This document shows, in pieces, positions 22,211 to 34,715 of a stretch of 64,000 nt of DNA. Position numbers and translations under genes: made by a program. Each line of letters begins with the position of its first letter. Positions within the stretch are counted from its first letter, which is position 1. The stretch lies in assembly GCA_964106645.2 (NCBI GenBank), contig OZ067039.1; one strand, given 5' to 3'. This DNA comes from Podarcis pityusensis. Taxonomy: Eukaryota. Below the pieces are notes generated by a model. The model was not told where the DNA came from and did not search any database. It saw only the letters and a list, made by a program, of their open reading frames with translations.

Positions 22211-23166
22211 CTGTGTGAACCAGGCCTCTGTCTGGAGAACAGAGCAGCCATCAAGAAGGCAGAATTGTTCCCTCCCTTTGCCTAGACCTCAAGACAGGGT
22301 TGATGGTTTAGAGTGCAGTTGGAGGCTCTTGGGCATGACGCAGGAGCAACTGACGGCCTGAGGTTAGATGAGATCATAGTGCTCAGCCTGGCCTTAAGGC
22401 CTGTGGTGCTCTGTCGCTGTCGGGGGTCCCTCATGGCTTATGGAAGAGGTCAGTGTTCTGGAGATGGGGAGGGGTGATTGCTGCCCCTTTTTGGAGGGGG
22501 GCCCATGGAGCTAAAATATAATGCTGAGATGGCCCTAGGAAGGGGGGAAGAGCTGCCAGAATTTTCTTACGTGGCAAAAGAAATCTCCTTGAGGAGTGGG
22601 GAGGGGGCTGGGATCTGTGCAGGAAGGTGTAAGCTGGTGGCGCTCTGTAAGTAACGTGGATAAAGCAGGAGACAAAGGGAAAGTAGGTCAGACAGGCTGA
22701 GCTGCAGCTCCACGTCTGTTTGTGTGCGTGTCTCGGGGAAATCCAGCCGCTCTGCTGCAGCATGAAGGAATTGGGTGGGAGGATTGCTGTGAAGGTTTGG
22801 AGTGGGAGGATGCTATGAAAGCATCCCCAGACTGCGCCTGGCCATGTTCCCTTTGTGTCAGGTACCTCTCCTGTAGGAAATAAGAGGCTGGTGCAAAGCA
22901 ACCTTATTTCAGGGGCTCCTCCATTTTACGGTCTTCTGATCTCATGCCAGGAGAAGCTGCATCTCCATGATGGGAGGGGGGAACTGAAAATGAGCTTTTT
23001 CTGGTGAATGCAGGGGCAGACTTCACATTCTGAACTGGGAGCCAGGATCCCTGGAATCTGTAGTCAGGCTCCATTTCTTTAGATGGTAGCGAACTCTTCA
23101 GCAAATTTACCCTGGCTGAGGAGTGCTTGCTCGGCCTTTTCTGCTTCTCTTTGCTTTATGCAGATA

Positions 23167-23416
23167 CAGTCGTACCTTGGATCCCAAATGCCTTGAAACT
23201 CGAATCTTTTGGCTCCCGAACCCTGCAGACCCGGAAGTGAGTCTTCTGGTTTGCGAATGTTCTTAGGAAGCCGAACATCTGACGTAGGTTCCGCGGGTTC
23301 CGATTGCGTGCAGGAAGCTCCTGCAGCTAATCAGAAGCCGCGCCTTGGTTGTTGAGTGTTTTGGAAGTTGAACGGACTTCCAGAATGGATTCCGTTCGGC
23401 TTCCAATGTATGACTG
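23167..23416. mobile_element. Tc1/Tigger-type MITE
   Basis: TIRs CAGTCGTACCTTGGA / reverse complement CAGTCATACATTGGA; TA duplication at 23165-23166 and 23417-23418; retains many CpGs. Confidence 0.85.
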
Positions 23417-23589
23417 TATATGCTGTGCTTGGCCCCAGTGGATGATGGGATCTTGAGGGCTTAGTTTGTAAGGTTGTTGTTTCATAGACTCATAGAGGTG
23501 GCAACTGCCAACTGCAGTATTGTTGATAGGTGGCCAGCCAGCCTACTGTTCTTGATGCTGATATTTAGTTGTTTTTCTCACAGAGTGAC

Positions 23590-24130
23590 CCGAAGAAACT
23601 TCCATTGAAAACAATAACAAAAAACACAGCAATACAATTAAAAGGCAGGTCTGATAGATTCCCAGCCAACACGAAAAGAGGCCACAATTCCCCCCCTCCC
23701 CCATTTTAAGGACCCAAAGCCTGGGTGAAGAGAAAAGTCTAAATATAGATAAAGATGGCACCATGCATGCCTCCCTGGGGAGAGCATTTCACAACAGGGA
23801 GCCACCACTGAAAGGGCCTTAATGAAAGAGAGTCATCTACCCCTTCCAAAGCAGTCTGCTTTACTGTTGAACATGTTATGCCGTCAGGAAGTTCTTCCTG
23901 ATGTTTGGTCTAAATCAAATCCTTTTTCTTGTAATCTAAACCCATTAATTTAGGTGCTATCTTCTGGAACAACAGAAAACAAAGTTGCTCCATCTATGTA
24001 ACAGAGGGCTATTGCATTGCCTCTTGGTAGTCTGTTCTCCAGGATGTAAAATTCACTGACTCCTTCAACCTTCCCCCAAAGAGTTTGGTTTCCAGGCTCT
24101 TCATCATCATGGTTGCCCCTCTCAGAAAAC
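23590..24130 (-). mobile_element. Adjacent L2 3' remnant (about 23590-23820) and CR1 remnant (about 23830-24130)
   Basis: L2-type AAAGCCTGGG...CCTCCCTGGGGAGAGCATTTCAC...GCCACCACTGAAAGGGCC followed by CR1-type GTCAGGAAGTTCTTCCTGATGTTT...AACAGAAAACAA. Confidence 0.5.
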
Positions 24131-25734
24131 ATTCCAGGAGCGAGGCAACCCTTTAGAAAGTGGGGGTGTGAAAATTGCTTGGGGTTCCTTCCCAGCTCAG
24201 CAAGGGGTACCAGTCTAAGAATGCATCCAGCCCCTTCCTAGTTAATCAAGCAGTACTGCTTTGCCAGTGAACACAACCTTTTGGTGTTGGCAGAACGCTG
24301 TGTTACATAGATGGAGAAGCTGGAAGAGGGAGTTTAGTATGCCAATTCTGCTTTCTAAAGCCCAGCCCTCAGCTACTTCTGGAAATAGCCTCTGCCAGAG
24401 TCCCCAAAACTCTAGTTTATATCATGACAAAAAAAACAAAACTAAACTTGGATGATGTTCAGCTTGCATAATACACAGAATTAGCATATAATTATTTGAT
24501 CACTTTTAATCAGCCAAATTTATTTAATTAACTGATTAGATTATGACTCCAATTGTCTTCAGAACCCGCACAAGTGGTAACAGCATGGGGTATTATTTCT
24601 ATTGTGCAGCTGGAGTAGAGAGAAAAGGATGGGGTTCATGGGATACAGGTGAATGATTAGGATGAGTTAAGGGTAATTCTCTCTCTCATTTACCTGTTTA
24701 CCTCTAGATCCTTTAGAAGACATTGAATCCACTTTCCTAAGCTTTATCTTTCCTTTGTGGCCATGACTGCTAGAAACTGTCTAATTTGAGGCAGTCACGC
24801 CCAGTTGGGTGTTCTCATCTGCAGCTATATTTGACATGTTTCTGTCGGCAGTAGATGGGTTTTTCAGCCCCAAACCTGTTTGGACATGGAGCATTTCCTT
24901 GGTTCTGTGAATTTTCTGCTCTCAAGAACCCTCTTTGTCATTGTGCTTGGTGCCATTACATACCTGTAGCTTCAAAAAACCTGATTATGCAATTTAGAGA
25001 GTGTACAACTATCTACGTGGTAGCCTTCCTGCTTTGGATACATGGAGTGTGTTGGAGCACCAGGTAGTTTCTCTTAGACACAAGACTACCTTCCAGGTTG
25101 GATCTGATCTTTTGTACATTATAGAACACAAGGTATGCAGTGGCCATGCCGTGGCTGCTAGTGTCTGCATACAGGTCATCAGTTGGTTTGCAGTCAGGAT
25201 GATATTGGGAGCCCTTAGTTCAGTGCTGGTGGATGTGTGGCTCTCTAAATGTCTATTCCAGCTTCAGCTAGTGGTCGGGGAAGGTGGGAATTGCAGTCCA
25301 GCAGCATCTGGAGGGCCACAGGTCCCCTCTCCCCCATGTTTCAGTCACTGTCTCAGCACATGGCAGGTGCTTTAACCATGAGTAGCTCACCTGTGACTGG
25401 GAAACTTTAGAGTCTCTGAGTCTTGAATGATTCCACTTTACCTCTCATGATTGACATTATTGGCTGAAATCCAGAAGGGCCCATGCTTCCCCAGATTCTT
25501 CTCAGAATTTCATTCCACAGCTCCTAAATGTCTCTTTCAAAAATAAGTTTGGGGGTTGTGGCATGAGAACCTTTTTGAAGGGGAGAAGCTGCTAAGAAGG
25601 GGAGAAGCTGCCAGTACATGGAACTGCCAGTCTTAAAAGTCTCTAGTTGTGTGTGTGTATTTTTGAAACTTGCAGAGCACCTTCTGAGTTGGAAACTGAG
25701 GAGAAAATGTGTGCATGCAAACAGATGGGACATA

Positions 25735-25911
25735 CAGTGGTACCTCGGGTTAAGTACTTAATTCGTTCCGGAGGTCCGTTCTTAACCTGAAACTGTCCTT
25801 AACCTGAAGCACCACTTTAGCTAATGGGGCCTCCTGCTGCCGCTGCACCGCCGGAGCACGATTTCTGTTCTCATCCTGAAGCAAAGTTCTTAACCTGAGG
25901 TATTATTTCTG
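25735..25911 (+). mobile_element. 3'-truncated copy of the Tigger-type MITE found intact at 48056-48272
   Basis: TA + CAGTGGTACCTCGGGTTAAGTACTTAATTCGTTCCGGAGGTCCG..., highly similar to the 48056 copy; lacks the right TIR. Confidence 0.85.
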
Positions 25912-26164
25912 CACAAGGGCTTCTATATGTGCAACAGGGCTTCCCCCTCTCCCACATGCACCCTGAAATTGTCTCGAAGGGGTTGGGGTACCCCCAGAAC
26001 AGCATGGAGGGGAGGGAGGGAGATGGTTCCATCTGGCAAGTGGAAATCCTTGCATAGGCAGAGCGTTTGTCATGGTGCAGCATTGAATTTCACATCTGTA
26101 TGACTCCTCAAAAGCCTTGCAAATGAGTGGCATGGATGTGGAGAGAGTGGGGCCTGCCTTCCTT

Positions 26165-26242
26165 TTTCATGGGTTTACTTATTCCCTGCTCTTGCTTTAA
26201 ATGGGTTTCATGGGTTTACTTATTCCCTGCTCTTGCTTTAAA
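26165..26242. repeat. Direct tandem duplication, 37-nt identical unit, period 41
   Basis: TTTCATGGGTTTACTTATTCCCTGCTCTTGCTTTAAA at 26165 and 26206. Confidence 0.9.
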
Positions 26243-26796
26243 AGGCTGGAGGTCCCAATGTGGCCCAAAGTTGTCTGTGACTTGCAAGGATTGGGCACAG
26301 GTTGGCCCCCAAAATAAGCAACATGGTGACAGACCTAAAGCTGAGCAGCCGTGATCTTTAGCAGAGGTGACCGGTTGCTACTGTATTCTCCAGGCTGGAT
26401 TTAGGGCTCCAGTGGTAACACAGACTTCTCAGATATTGATTGTGCATATTTCCACAGGCCAGCAGTTGGCCATTTCTCATCTAGAGTCTCATGGCTGAGC
26501 CTAAAAGAGGGGGCTGTGTGTCTGCTCTCTGCCCTCCAGGGAATGTTTGCTCCTTGGGAATCCGACTTGTTGAAAGGTGTTGTCTTCCCCTTTCTGGCCT
26601 TCCTGCTGGGAATGCATCCTCCGTTCCTGGTGATTCAGCAAATAGGCCCGTCAAAGAAATGAGAGCTGGCAGACTTGAAGGGGACTCCTGTTTCCCAACA
26701 TAGCCTCTTTGACTCCTAAGGAGTGTTCAGCAGCTCAGGCCTTCAGGCAACATGCTCTCTTGTCAATGCTCTTTCTCTGCCTCTGCTTACTTACAG

Positions 26797-26858
26797 TGAA
26801 GGAGTTTCTTGCCAAAGCCAAAGAAGAGTTCCTCAAGAAATGGGAGAACCCGTTGCAG
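26797..26858 (+). CDS. PRKACA: PRKACA exon 2 (xKEFLAKAKEEFLKKWENPLQ)
   Basis: ttacag|TGAAGGAG...TTGCAG|gtatga; 62 nt; A-helix of PKA C subunit. Confidence 0.95.
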
Positions 26859-27289
26859 GTATGACACCTCTCTTCTCGTCTTGATATTTTGCCTTCCTTC
26901 CTTTATCTAGCCATAGCAGCCTGGGTCTTGTTGCTTCTAAGCTCTTAGGCCTGATTTGAAAGTGACACTGACCTGGTTTGCATGCAACCATCAGCCAGAG
27001 TTAGACAACTTATGGCTTCGCAGGAATGTGCATGTGTGTTGGTGCACACGGTTTAAATTGCTCCCGTGTACCCTGCCTCCTTTTGATGTGCTGGAAAGAA
27101 AACAGACCAGGGTGCCAAGAATACATGTGTACAGTTTCACACAATACATGTGTACAGTTTAAGCTCAGAATATGTGTGTACCGTTTCACACAACTGGTGT
27201 TGCATTTAAGTAAGGGATACACTGCCTAACTTGAATGCTATAGTGTGCTGCATGCATTGAAACGACTGCTTTGATATTAAATTCATTAG

Positions 27290-27440
27290 TACATAGTTCT
27301 CCCCATTTTATCCTCACAGCAGTCCTGTGAGGTAGGTTAGGCTGAGAAACTGCAACTGGCCCATTGAGCTTCATGGCTGAGTGGGGATATGAACCCTGGT
27401 GTCCTGGGTCCAGGTCTGACACTCTGATCACTCTGGCTCT
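27290..27440 (-). mobile_element. MIR/CORE-like SINE, minus strand
   Basis: CCCCATTTTATCCTCACAGCAGTCCTGTGAGGTAGGTTAGGCTGAGA...GAGCTTCATGGCTGAGTGGGGATATGAACCCTGG is the reverse complement of the family at 14435. Confidence 0.65.
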
Positions 27441-28711
27441 CCTGTACTGGCTGTGCGGAAGCCCATTTGGGTCTGCATTCACTTGTTTTTTATGTGTATA
27501 AAATGTGACCAGTGTAACTTTTTAAAACAAGGCTTTGGAAGGATCTTGCCAAACCTTTGTTATTGCTAGTTACACCAAAGGCAAAAGTCTTGATGCTGGT
27601 GGACATTCTAAATTATCCTGCTGAAGAAATAGGCGCTGAGACAGGTGTTTCAGTCCCCAGGTTATTCTGGAATTGCCCCTTTTCTAGGAATAATTTTGCA
27701 GGGGTACAATACAGGAGGAGAGTGCGGTGTCCAAGATGGAAACACAGGAAGAGAGTCAGCTTTGGATTAGTTTACCTTTTGCAGTTCTAAGACATGGAAG
27801 ATGTGTCTGACAATAATGTTTACCAGTGCCCGGGTTGCTTGCATGACAAGGAACAAATAGTCAAGATCTTTCCAAATTACTAAGCAAGGCTCAGAAGCCC
27901 TTCACCTATCACATATACTCTTTGGTGTTAGCAGACCATATTACAGAAAGGGGAATGCAATCTCCCTCTAGCTGAATAAGGTATTTTCTTCCCTGCAATA
28001 TCTGATGAATACCTCACTGCTCAACTAACAGGTCCGATGCTTTAGCTTTTCAGCAAATAACTCCCAGAAGGTGACTGCCAAAATAACTGCTTCATGGCAA
28101 TAAAATGACTGTGTAAATTGGCCCGGAAATTTGGATGCTCTCGCTGTTTTGGCTTGTTCCATTTGCTGCCCCCTACATAAAGGTGTCATTACATCTGGTT
28201 GTATTTTGCAATAAGTGTGATATTTGGGGATATTACTGTTTTTTTGTCAGGCTCTAAGGCTTAACCTGTTGCTGCTAGTTTCTAGGTTATTACAGATAGT
28301 GTAGTGAGTGTTGGGTGTATGTACAGTCCTTTTTGTGGATTGAGTTTGATTTTCTTGCTGTTCAGTATGCAGGAGGATTGTATGTCTTTCTCTCTAAAAA
28401 CTCTTGCCTTTTGCGCCCTCTCGTGGTAAAAAGCTATCTGTGTCTCAAACCCCAAGAATGCTGCAAGTTTCAGGGAGAAGAGTTGGCACGCCACAGGGAT
28501 GATCCTCTTCAATAACAGTTGCTGCTTTAATATGGCATGGGAAGACATGGTACTGCCTGAAGGGTTATCTTTAAAAAGAAACTAGTAAGCCGGCATTTTG
28601 AACTCTTACGGCCACTTAAGGGTCCCCAAAATCTGATGACTAGAGCCTGGTGTCCTTGACAGATTGTCTTCCTCTGCTTTTTATATTATTATTTTCAAAA
28701 TCCTTTTTCAG

Positions 28712-28840
28712 AATACGTCCAGCCTGGATCACTTCGACCGGCTCAAGACCCTGGGTACAGGCTCTTTTGGGCGGGTGATGCTCGTGAAGCACAAGGAGAC
28801 CGGGAATTACTTTGCCATGAAGATCCTTGACAAGCAGAAA
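28712..28840 (+). CDS. PRKACA: PRKACA exon 3 (Gly-rich loop GTGSFG, catalytic Lys in AMK)
   Basis: ttcag|AATACG...CAGAAA|gtgagt; 129 nt; [11 protein letters not shown] is Calpha-type rather than Cbeta-type (HKATEQYYAMK). Confidence 0.97.
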
Positions 28841-28938
28841 GTGAGTTTGAGCCTGTCGTTGAGTTCTGGGAGTTGGTGCCTGAGGTTGGCAAGAGGGAGG
28901 CCCAGCTGACTCTGGTTGACTTCCTTTCTGTCTTGCAG

Positions 28939-29037
28939 GTTGTTAAGCTGAAGCAGATTGAGCACACCCTCAATGAAAAGCGCATTCTCCAGGCTGTGAA
29001 CTTCCCATTCCTTGTCAGGCTAGAGTATTCTTTTAAG
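28939..29037 (+). CDS. PRKACA: PRKACA exon 4 ([33 protein letters not shown])
   Basis: tgcag|GTT...TTTAAG|gtaaag; 99 nt. Confidence 0.97.
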
Positions 29038-30229
29038 GTAAAGGATGTCTTTGCACTCTCTCTCTCCACCCCCTGCCTAAATATTCATTCTCTGGCTTTC
29101 TGGTCCTCTGGATACCTGCTCTGCTGCAGCAGATCAAAGGCACACAGTGGCCAACCAGATACTTAAGGGAAGCTAACCACTTTACTATAGCACCCAGCTA
29201 ATCTTTTTGCCCCTGTCTGGGCTTGTGGCTAGCTGAGCATCCACCATTGCAGGCAAGCCCAGCTGGCTGGATACTTTCTGTGCCGGTATAGTAGGTACAG
29301 TGTGCTTCCCCTTTGGGAGCAGCCTGGGCAGGTGGATCTCCTGGGCTAGAGCACACGTTGTCATGATAGGCCATCAAAACTCTTCCTTATGATAGGCCTT
29401 CAATAGTTTGTTTTGTCCTAGCTCATTCTGGTGTTGGTGGAGTTTTGGGCAAGTAAACAAGTGGGCACTATAAGCATACAAAATGTTTAATAAAGCCAAC
29501 AGTATTTTATCATTTTGTGTTTGAGTTACCCAGAGAATAATCTTACTGGGTTGCCTTATATAAATACAGTAAGTAAGGCTGCAATCCTAACACCACTTAC
29601 CTAGAAGTAAGCCTCGTTGAATTCAGTAGGATTTACTTTTAAGTCAATGTGAAAGTGCTATAGGAGCATGTAAGTCTGGACTATGTGACAAGGCAACTGT
29701 GCCTTGTCTATTAATGCAGCTCTAAATCAAGGTTTTGCAGGCTTCCGTTCACCTCAGCTACATAGAAAGGATATAAAAAGCCATTGAGTCCTACCTATTG
29801 CCACAAAGGGCAGAACCATTTTTTAAAAATCTGCTTTGAAGGAAATATGCATGTTTATATACCCTTTGTGGCTGTAACCTAAAACCATGGACACAGTGGC
29901 TGTTTGAAAGCTCAACCAGAAGAGGAGGCCTCTACTGCTGTCTCATAGGTTCCTTGCCATTTCCCCTCTGCTATAGCAGTCCTTGACAATGCCGTGTCAA
30001 AGCTTACCTCTCAATCAGAATAAAGCCTGAACAAATACATTCATGCTACCTTGCAGAGATTGTTTCAGTTGCAAACTTTGGGGGTTAAAAAAAAAAAAGT
30101 ATCTTAATTCTAAATACTATTTCCTCGGCAGTAAGTCCCATTGATGTTAGTGGGACTTGCTTCCAAATTGGTTGGTGTTAGACTGTGTGTATAATTCATT
30201 CCCTTGGTAGTGAGAGTAATTCTGTAAGT

Positions 30230-30450
30230 CTACAAGAAGATCCTTGCTGGATCAGCCCAAAAGCCCATCTAGTCCAGCATTCTGCCCAACAGTCCATACT
30301 AGCCAACCAGGTGCCTTTGGGGAGCCACAAACAGGATCTGAGCACAACACTCTTTTGTTTATGAACTGGTATTGAGAGGCCTGCTTCCCCATAGTGGAGT
30401 TACTATAGTTATCATGATAGCGGTCATTATTAGTCTTATCCTACATGACC
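30230..30450 (-). mobile_element. CR1 3'-end / CR1-related repeat fragment
   Basis: AAGAAGATCCTTGCTGGATCAGCCCAAAAGCCCATCTAGTCCAGCATTCTG; related fragments at 1-60 and about 36065-36170. Confidence 0.5.
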
Positions 30451-31153
30451 AGGTACTAAGAGGTATGAGTTCACCTTAGTAACAGCTACTTTTGAAGTTG
30501 TTGCCTTTTTTTTTAAGGTCATGGCAGGAAAAGACTCTGAACAGAACATAGCACTAAAACCAAAACACTCTGCTATAGAAACAGTTTTGCACCAAGCAAA
30601 ACTATATGATCGTTGTGCAAATAAGTTGTGCAAATGAATGGGGACTAGAGGACAAGGAACTTGTATACATTCAGATTTTAAAGAACTTGCATTTATTGAG
30701 CGGGAAGCAAGGCAATGGTGGTAGAGAGCGATGGACTAGGGAACAAACGTGAAGATTGGAATTGGGGGCAGTTAGGAAAGTGTAGCTATGTGAAGGAATG
30801 AAGTACTGATCTGAAATGCTGTGACCTGTTCCTTCACCACCACCTAGTCTGTAGGCACTGTATCAACATTTTGGTTTTTTATCTGCAACTGCAAGGGCAA
30901 GATACTTCATTTTTTTAAAGGAAATTGGCAGGAACTTGAATTCTGTGGTGTATATAGTCCTTTCTCCCAGCCCAACAGCAAACCCAGTTTCTGTTCTAGA
31001 GTGCTCCTATGGATGTGTGAGTACGCTGGTGCAAGCGTCACTGCAGAAAGGCAATAGAAGTAAATAAATTGGAGAGCTGTGGCCCTGAACATAGAAGGTT
31101 GGGGTGGGTGCAAAGCAGTGCTGGCCAGGACCCTGAGTTGTTTCTGCCCTTGA

Positions 31154-31243
<90 letters not shown>

Positions 31244-32183
31244 TGAGTGTGCTCCCCTGTCATTGTAAGGTTGGGATGATGCTCTCAGTTGTGGGAACAG
31301 AAGAGCTGAGAGTTGGGCTTCCTGGGTTAGAACAGGGGAAAGGGACCAGGAAAGAACTAGGTTTCTCTTGTTCTGCACTTTAAAGTTGAGTGGAGGATAT
31401 CTTCCCCTTCCAGCAAGCCCTAACTTCTGGGGTAAAGAATATGCAGTTTAGAAAAAAAGTCTAATGATAGGACAGAAGCTGCATTTGCTTTGACATTAAT
31501 TCCCATCCTCCTGGATGTGAAGCTGGTGACTTGCAAAGAGCAGATCATTCCTATCAGAGTGTGGTGGCAATGACACTGAGTTCCTGATTATTCTCTTTAA
31601 CACTAAGGGGCAAGGGATGACCTGGCTTGACAGGCCCATATGAGCAGAGTGCTTTTCATCAGAGGATTGTTAGCGGAGACTTCAGTATAGAAGCTACCAC
31701 CATAGAACATGCTTCCATCTTGCTTTGTATCCATTTACTGTATGGAAAGCGGGATGCTTGTTAACATGCTCTCATTTAACTGTGTAGTTATGTGTGCTTC
31801 AGATAAGCTGCCATCTTGTAGAACAGTCTAGAACTGGCATAGCACTGAGACTGAGCGACGGACCAGGAAGCCCCCAGTCCGAATGGTGCCTCTGCCATGA
31901 ACTCAACTACATGGCATTATGCAAAGTTCTGTCTCACAGCCTCAGCCCCACCATCTGCAACACGGAGAGTAAATAGTAATGACTTACCTTCCAGGATTGT
32001 TGCAATGATTACACCTACATAAGAACATGGTCAGAATAAGGGAAGAGATTCTGCATGTGTTCAGCCATAGGTGGGGCAGGGAGAGCATGAGTGAAATGTG
32101 TGAGATAATTTCCAGCTGAAGACTCAAGGTCCTGTTGAACGGGGAACAGGAGAGAGATCTGGTCTTATAGTATTGGTTTGTGA

Positions 32184-32290
32184 CAGGGGTGGAAACCTGA
32201 GCCCTTTTGCTGAGAGTACAGCTCCCATCATCCCTGACTGAGCTGGTTGGGGCTGATGGGAGTTGGAGGGCCACAGGTTCTCCATCCCTG
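32184..32290. mobile_element. hAT-type MITE
   Basis: CAGGGGTGGAAACCTG ... CAGGTTCTCCATCCCTG ends; flanks GTTTGTGA / GTTTATGG match 6 of 8 (decayed 8-bp TSD). Confidence 0.7.
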
Positions 32291-32349
32291 GTTTATGGGG
32301 ATCAGTGAAGGTGAAGACTCAGCTGGCATGCATTGGAGGTGGCCTATGA

Positions 32350-32526
<177 letters not shown>

Positions 32527-33021
32527 TGAGATTCTGCCGCACAGCATTTTGAGAATTCCTCTCCTTGTCAGTATGTCTAGGAATACTGTTTCTTTCCCCA
32601 AATATCTGTAACAATTAGTTTTTTTAAGAAAGGACTGAATTTTGACAAGCATAAGTAACTTCTTAGGAAATTTTGGAGTTGACATAAAATCTAAAGGTGC
32701 ACCTCTTTCTATCATTTGTTCTTTGAATATCAGGAAGTCCACCCCCCCCAGTGGTACCTGCTCAACCAAATGTGCTCCAAACCACCAGATGCACTTTTCC
32801 TATTTTGGTGGCAAGTGGGGAGCATGTTGGAAAACATTCATTACGGCAGTTGCTGTTTAGAAAGTGATACTTACCTTTGGAAACAAAATCTTCTCTCTTA
32901 TTCCACCCGAAACATCACCTCTCCATGTGCTGGGGTTTGTGCAAGCCTCCATCACTTCCTTTGTGCTGCTGACCCTATTGGTGTGGAGAACTCAGCTTTG
33001 TTAATTTTCTCTTACCTCCAG

Positions 33022-33117
33022 GTGACAGATTTTGGCTTTGCCAAACGAGTGAAAGGCCGAACATGGACCCTTTGTGGGACTCCAGAATACCTGGCTCCTG
33101 AAATCATTCTGAGCAAG
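33022..33117 (+). CDS. PRKACA: PRKACA exon 7 (DFG, activation loop [14 protein letters not shown])
   Basis: tccag|GTGACA...AGCAAG|gtgaga; 96 nt. Confidence 0.98.
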
Positions 33118-33239
33118 GTGAGACACCTGTACTCAGGAACAGTGTTTTGGGCCTCGTTCAGCCCAGAAAGAAGACTGTGTTCATCTCGATATCTTGCAGT
33201 ACACTGCAATTAAGTGCTGATCATCCTTGGTGTTTGTGA

Positions 33240-33515
<276 letters not shown>

Positions 33516-34665
33516 TAGCTCACAGTATACAGTGCATACATTTATAATGTTCGGTGAAGCATGGACCTGCTGTGTTTACCTGCCAGATAAATGTTGGAGT
33601 AGGTGGAATTCAGCAGACTGTGAACGGAAACCCCCTCTGTATTTTCTTGGCAAATCTTCCAGCTATTTTTTGGTGCTGCTTGCAGCTTTCACCACAGGAA
33701 CAAATGTCTGGAAATCTAGATGGCTGCAGTTATATTCATAGTCTGACCTTATTTTGAGGAAAGGGGCAGATCTGTTGGCTTCATTTGAATACTGAGTCTC
33801 AAATTTCGTATACTTTAAACAAACTTAAGGCTCTAGTCTTCAGTGTGAAGAAGAAATTAATTGAAGAATTCTACAGGCTAAGTGGAATATGGATTTTCTG
33901 AGTCTAGAATTCTAGTGTCTGTAATACTTGGCAGTTCTCCCAGGTGAGACTCCTAGAGTAATGTGAGGCCAAGCAGCACAAAAAAGATCAGAAAAGCACA
34001 AAGTGGAGTTTTATAAGTTAAACAGAGTAAAACTGCGGAAAGGGGGAGACATGCAACTCAAGCTCTCTGTAACTGCAACGCTGTGAGTTTTCAGAATATT
34101 GCTCTTAGAACTTGTAACATGGCCTAAAGGAGTGAGGTGTGGCAGGGCAGTGTTGGAAGAGCTTTGCAGGAAAATGTGTGATGTCAAAGGAACATCTCTC
34201 CCACCCAAGAAAACTAAACGAAAGTAATGGAGATCAGTGGATATATGTGCATGCTAGCTTTCAGATGGCTGGGGCTTGCTCTTGTTCTGCTGCTCCAGAA
34301 CATGCATGCTCTCTTTGAGTCCAGCTGTCCTTTTATCCCTTCCCTGCCATTTATCCTATGAATTTTCACTGGGCCCTACTTGCCAACTTTGATTTCTCAG
34401 GTGGTTAATGCTAAAATAATCAGTATTAAGTTGCCGTTTGAGTCAGGCTGTTAGGCCAGGAGCTGTACTGACCCGGCCTTTCTCAGTAACACCTAAGATC
34501 TTCTCTTGAGTCAACTAATGGTTGACGAATAAACATGCATTGTGGATAACAGTTATTCTTTGGCACTGACCGCAGTTTACTTTGGATTTGAAATTTGTGC
34601 AGGTGTGTTATGGATCCCCACAATGTCCTTCAGCAAAGGATTTGTCCTTGTTAAGATTGCTGTGA

Positions 34666-34697
<32 letters not shown>

Positions 34698-34715
34698 TTA
34701 TTATTACTATTATTA
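34666..34715. repeat. Compound (TAC)n/(TAT)n microsatellite
   Basis: Direct reading. Confidence 0.95.

Noticed and set aside
22844-22867. gccATG TTC CCT TTG TGT CAG|gtacct
   Set aside because: Phase 0 and weak donor; incompatible with exon 2.
1-26796. Canonical PRKACA exon 1 (MGNAA...EQES)
   Set aside because: No matching sequence or strong CpG island found; presumably upstream of the window.
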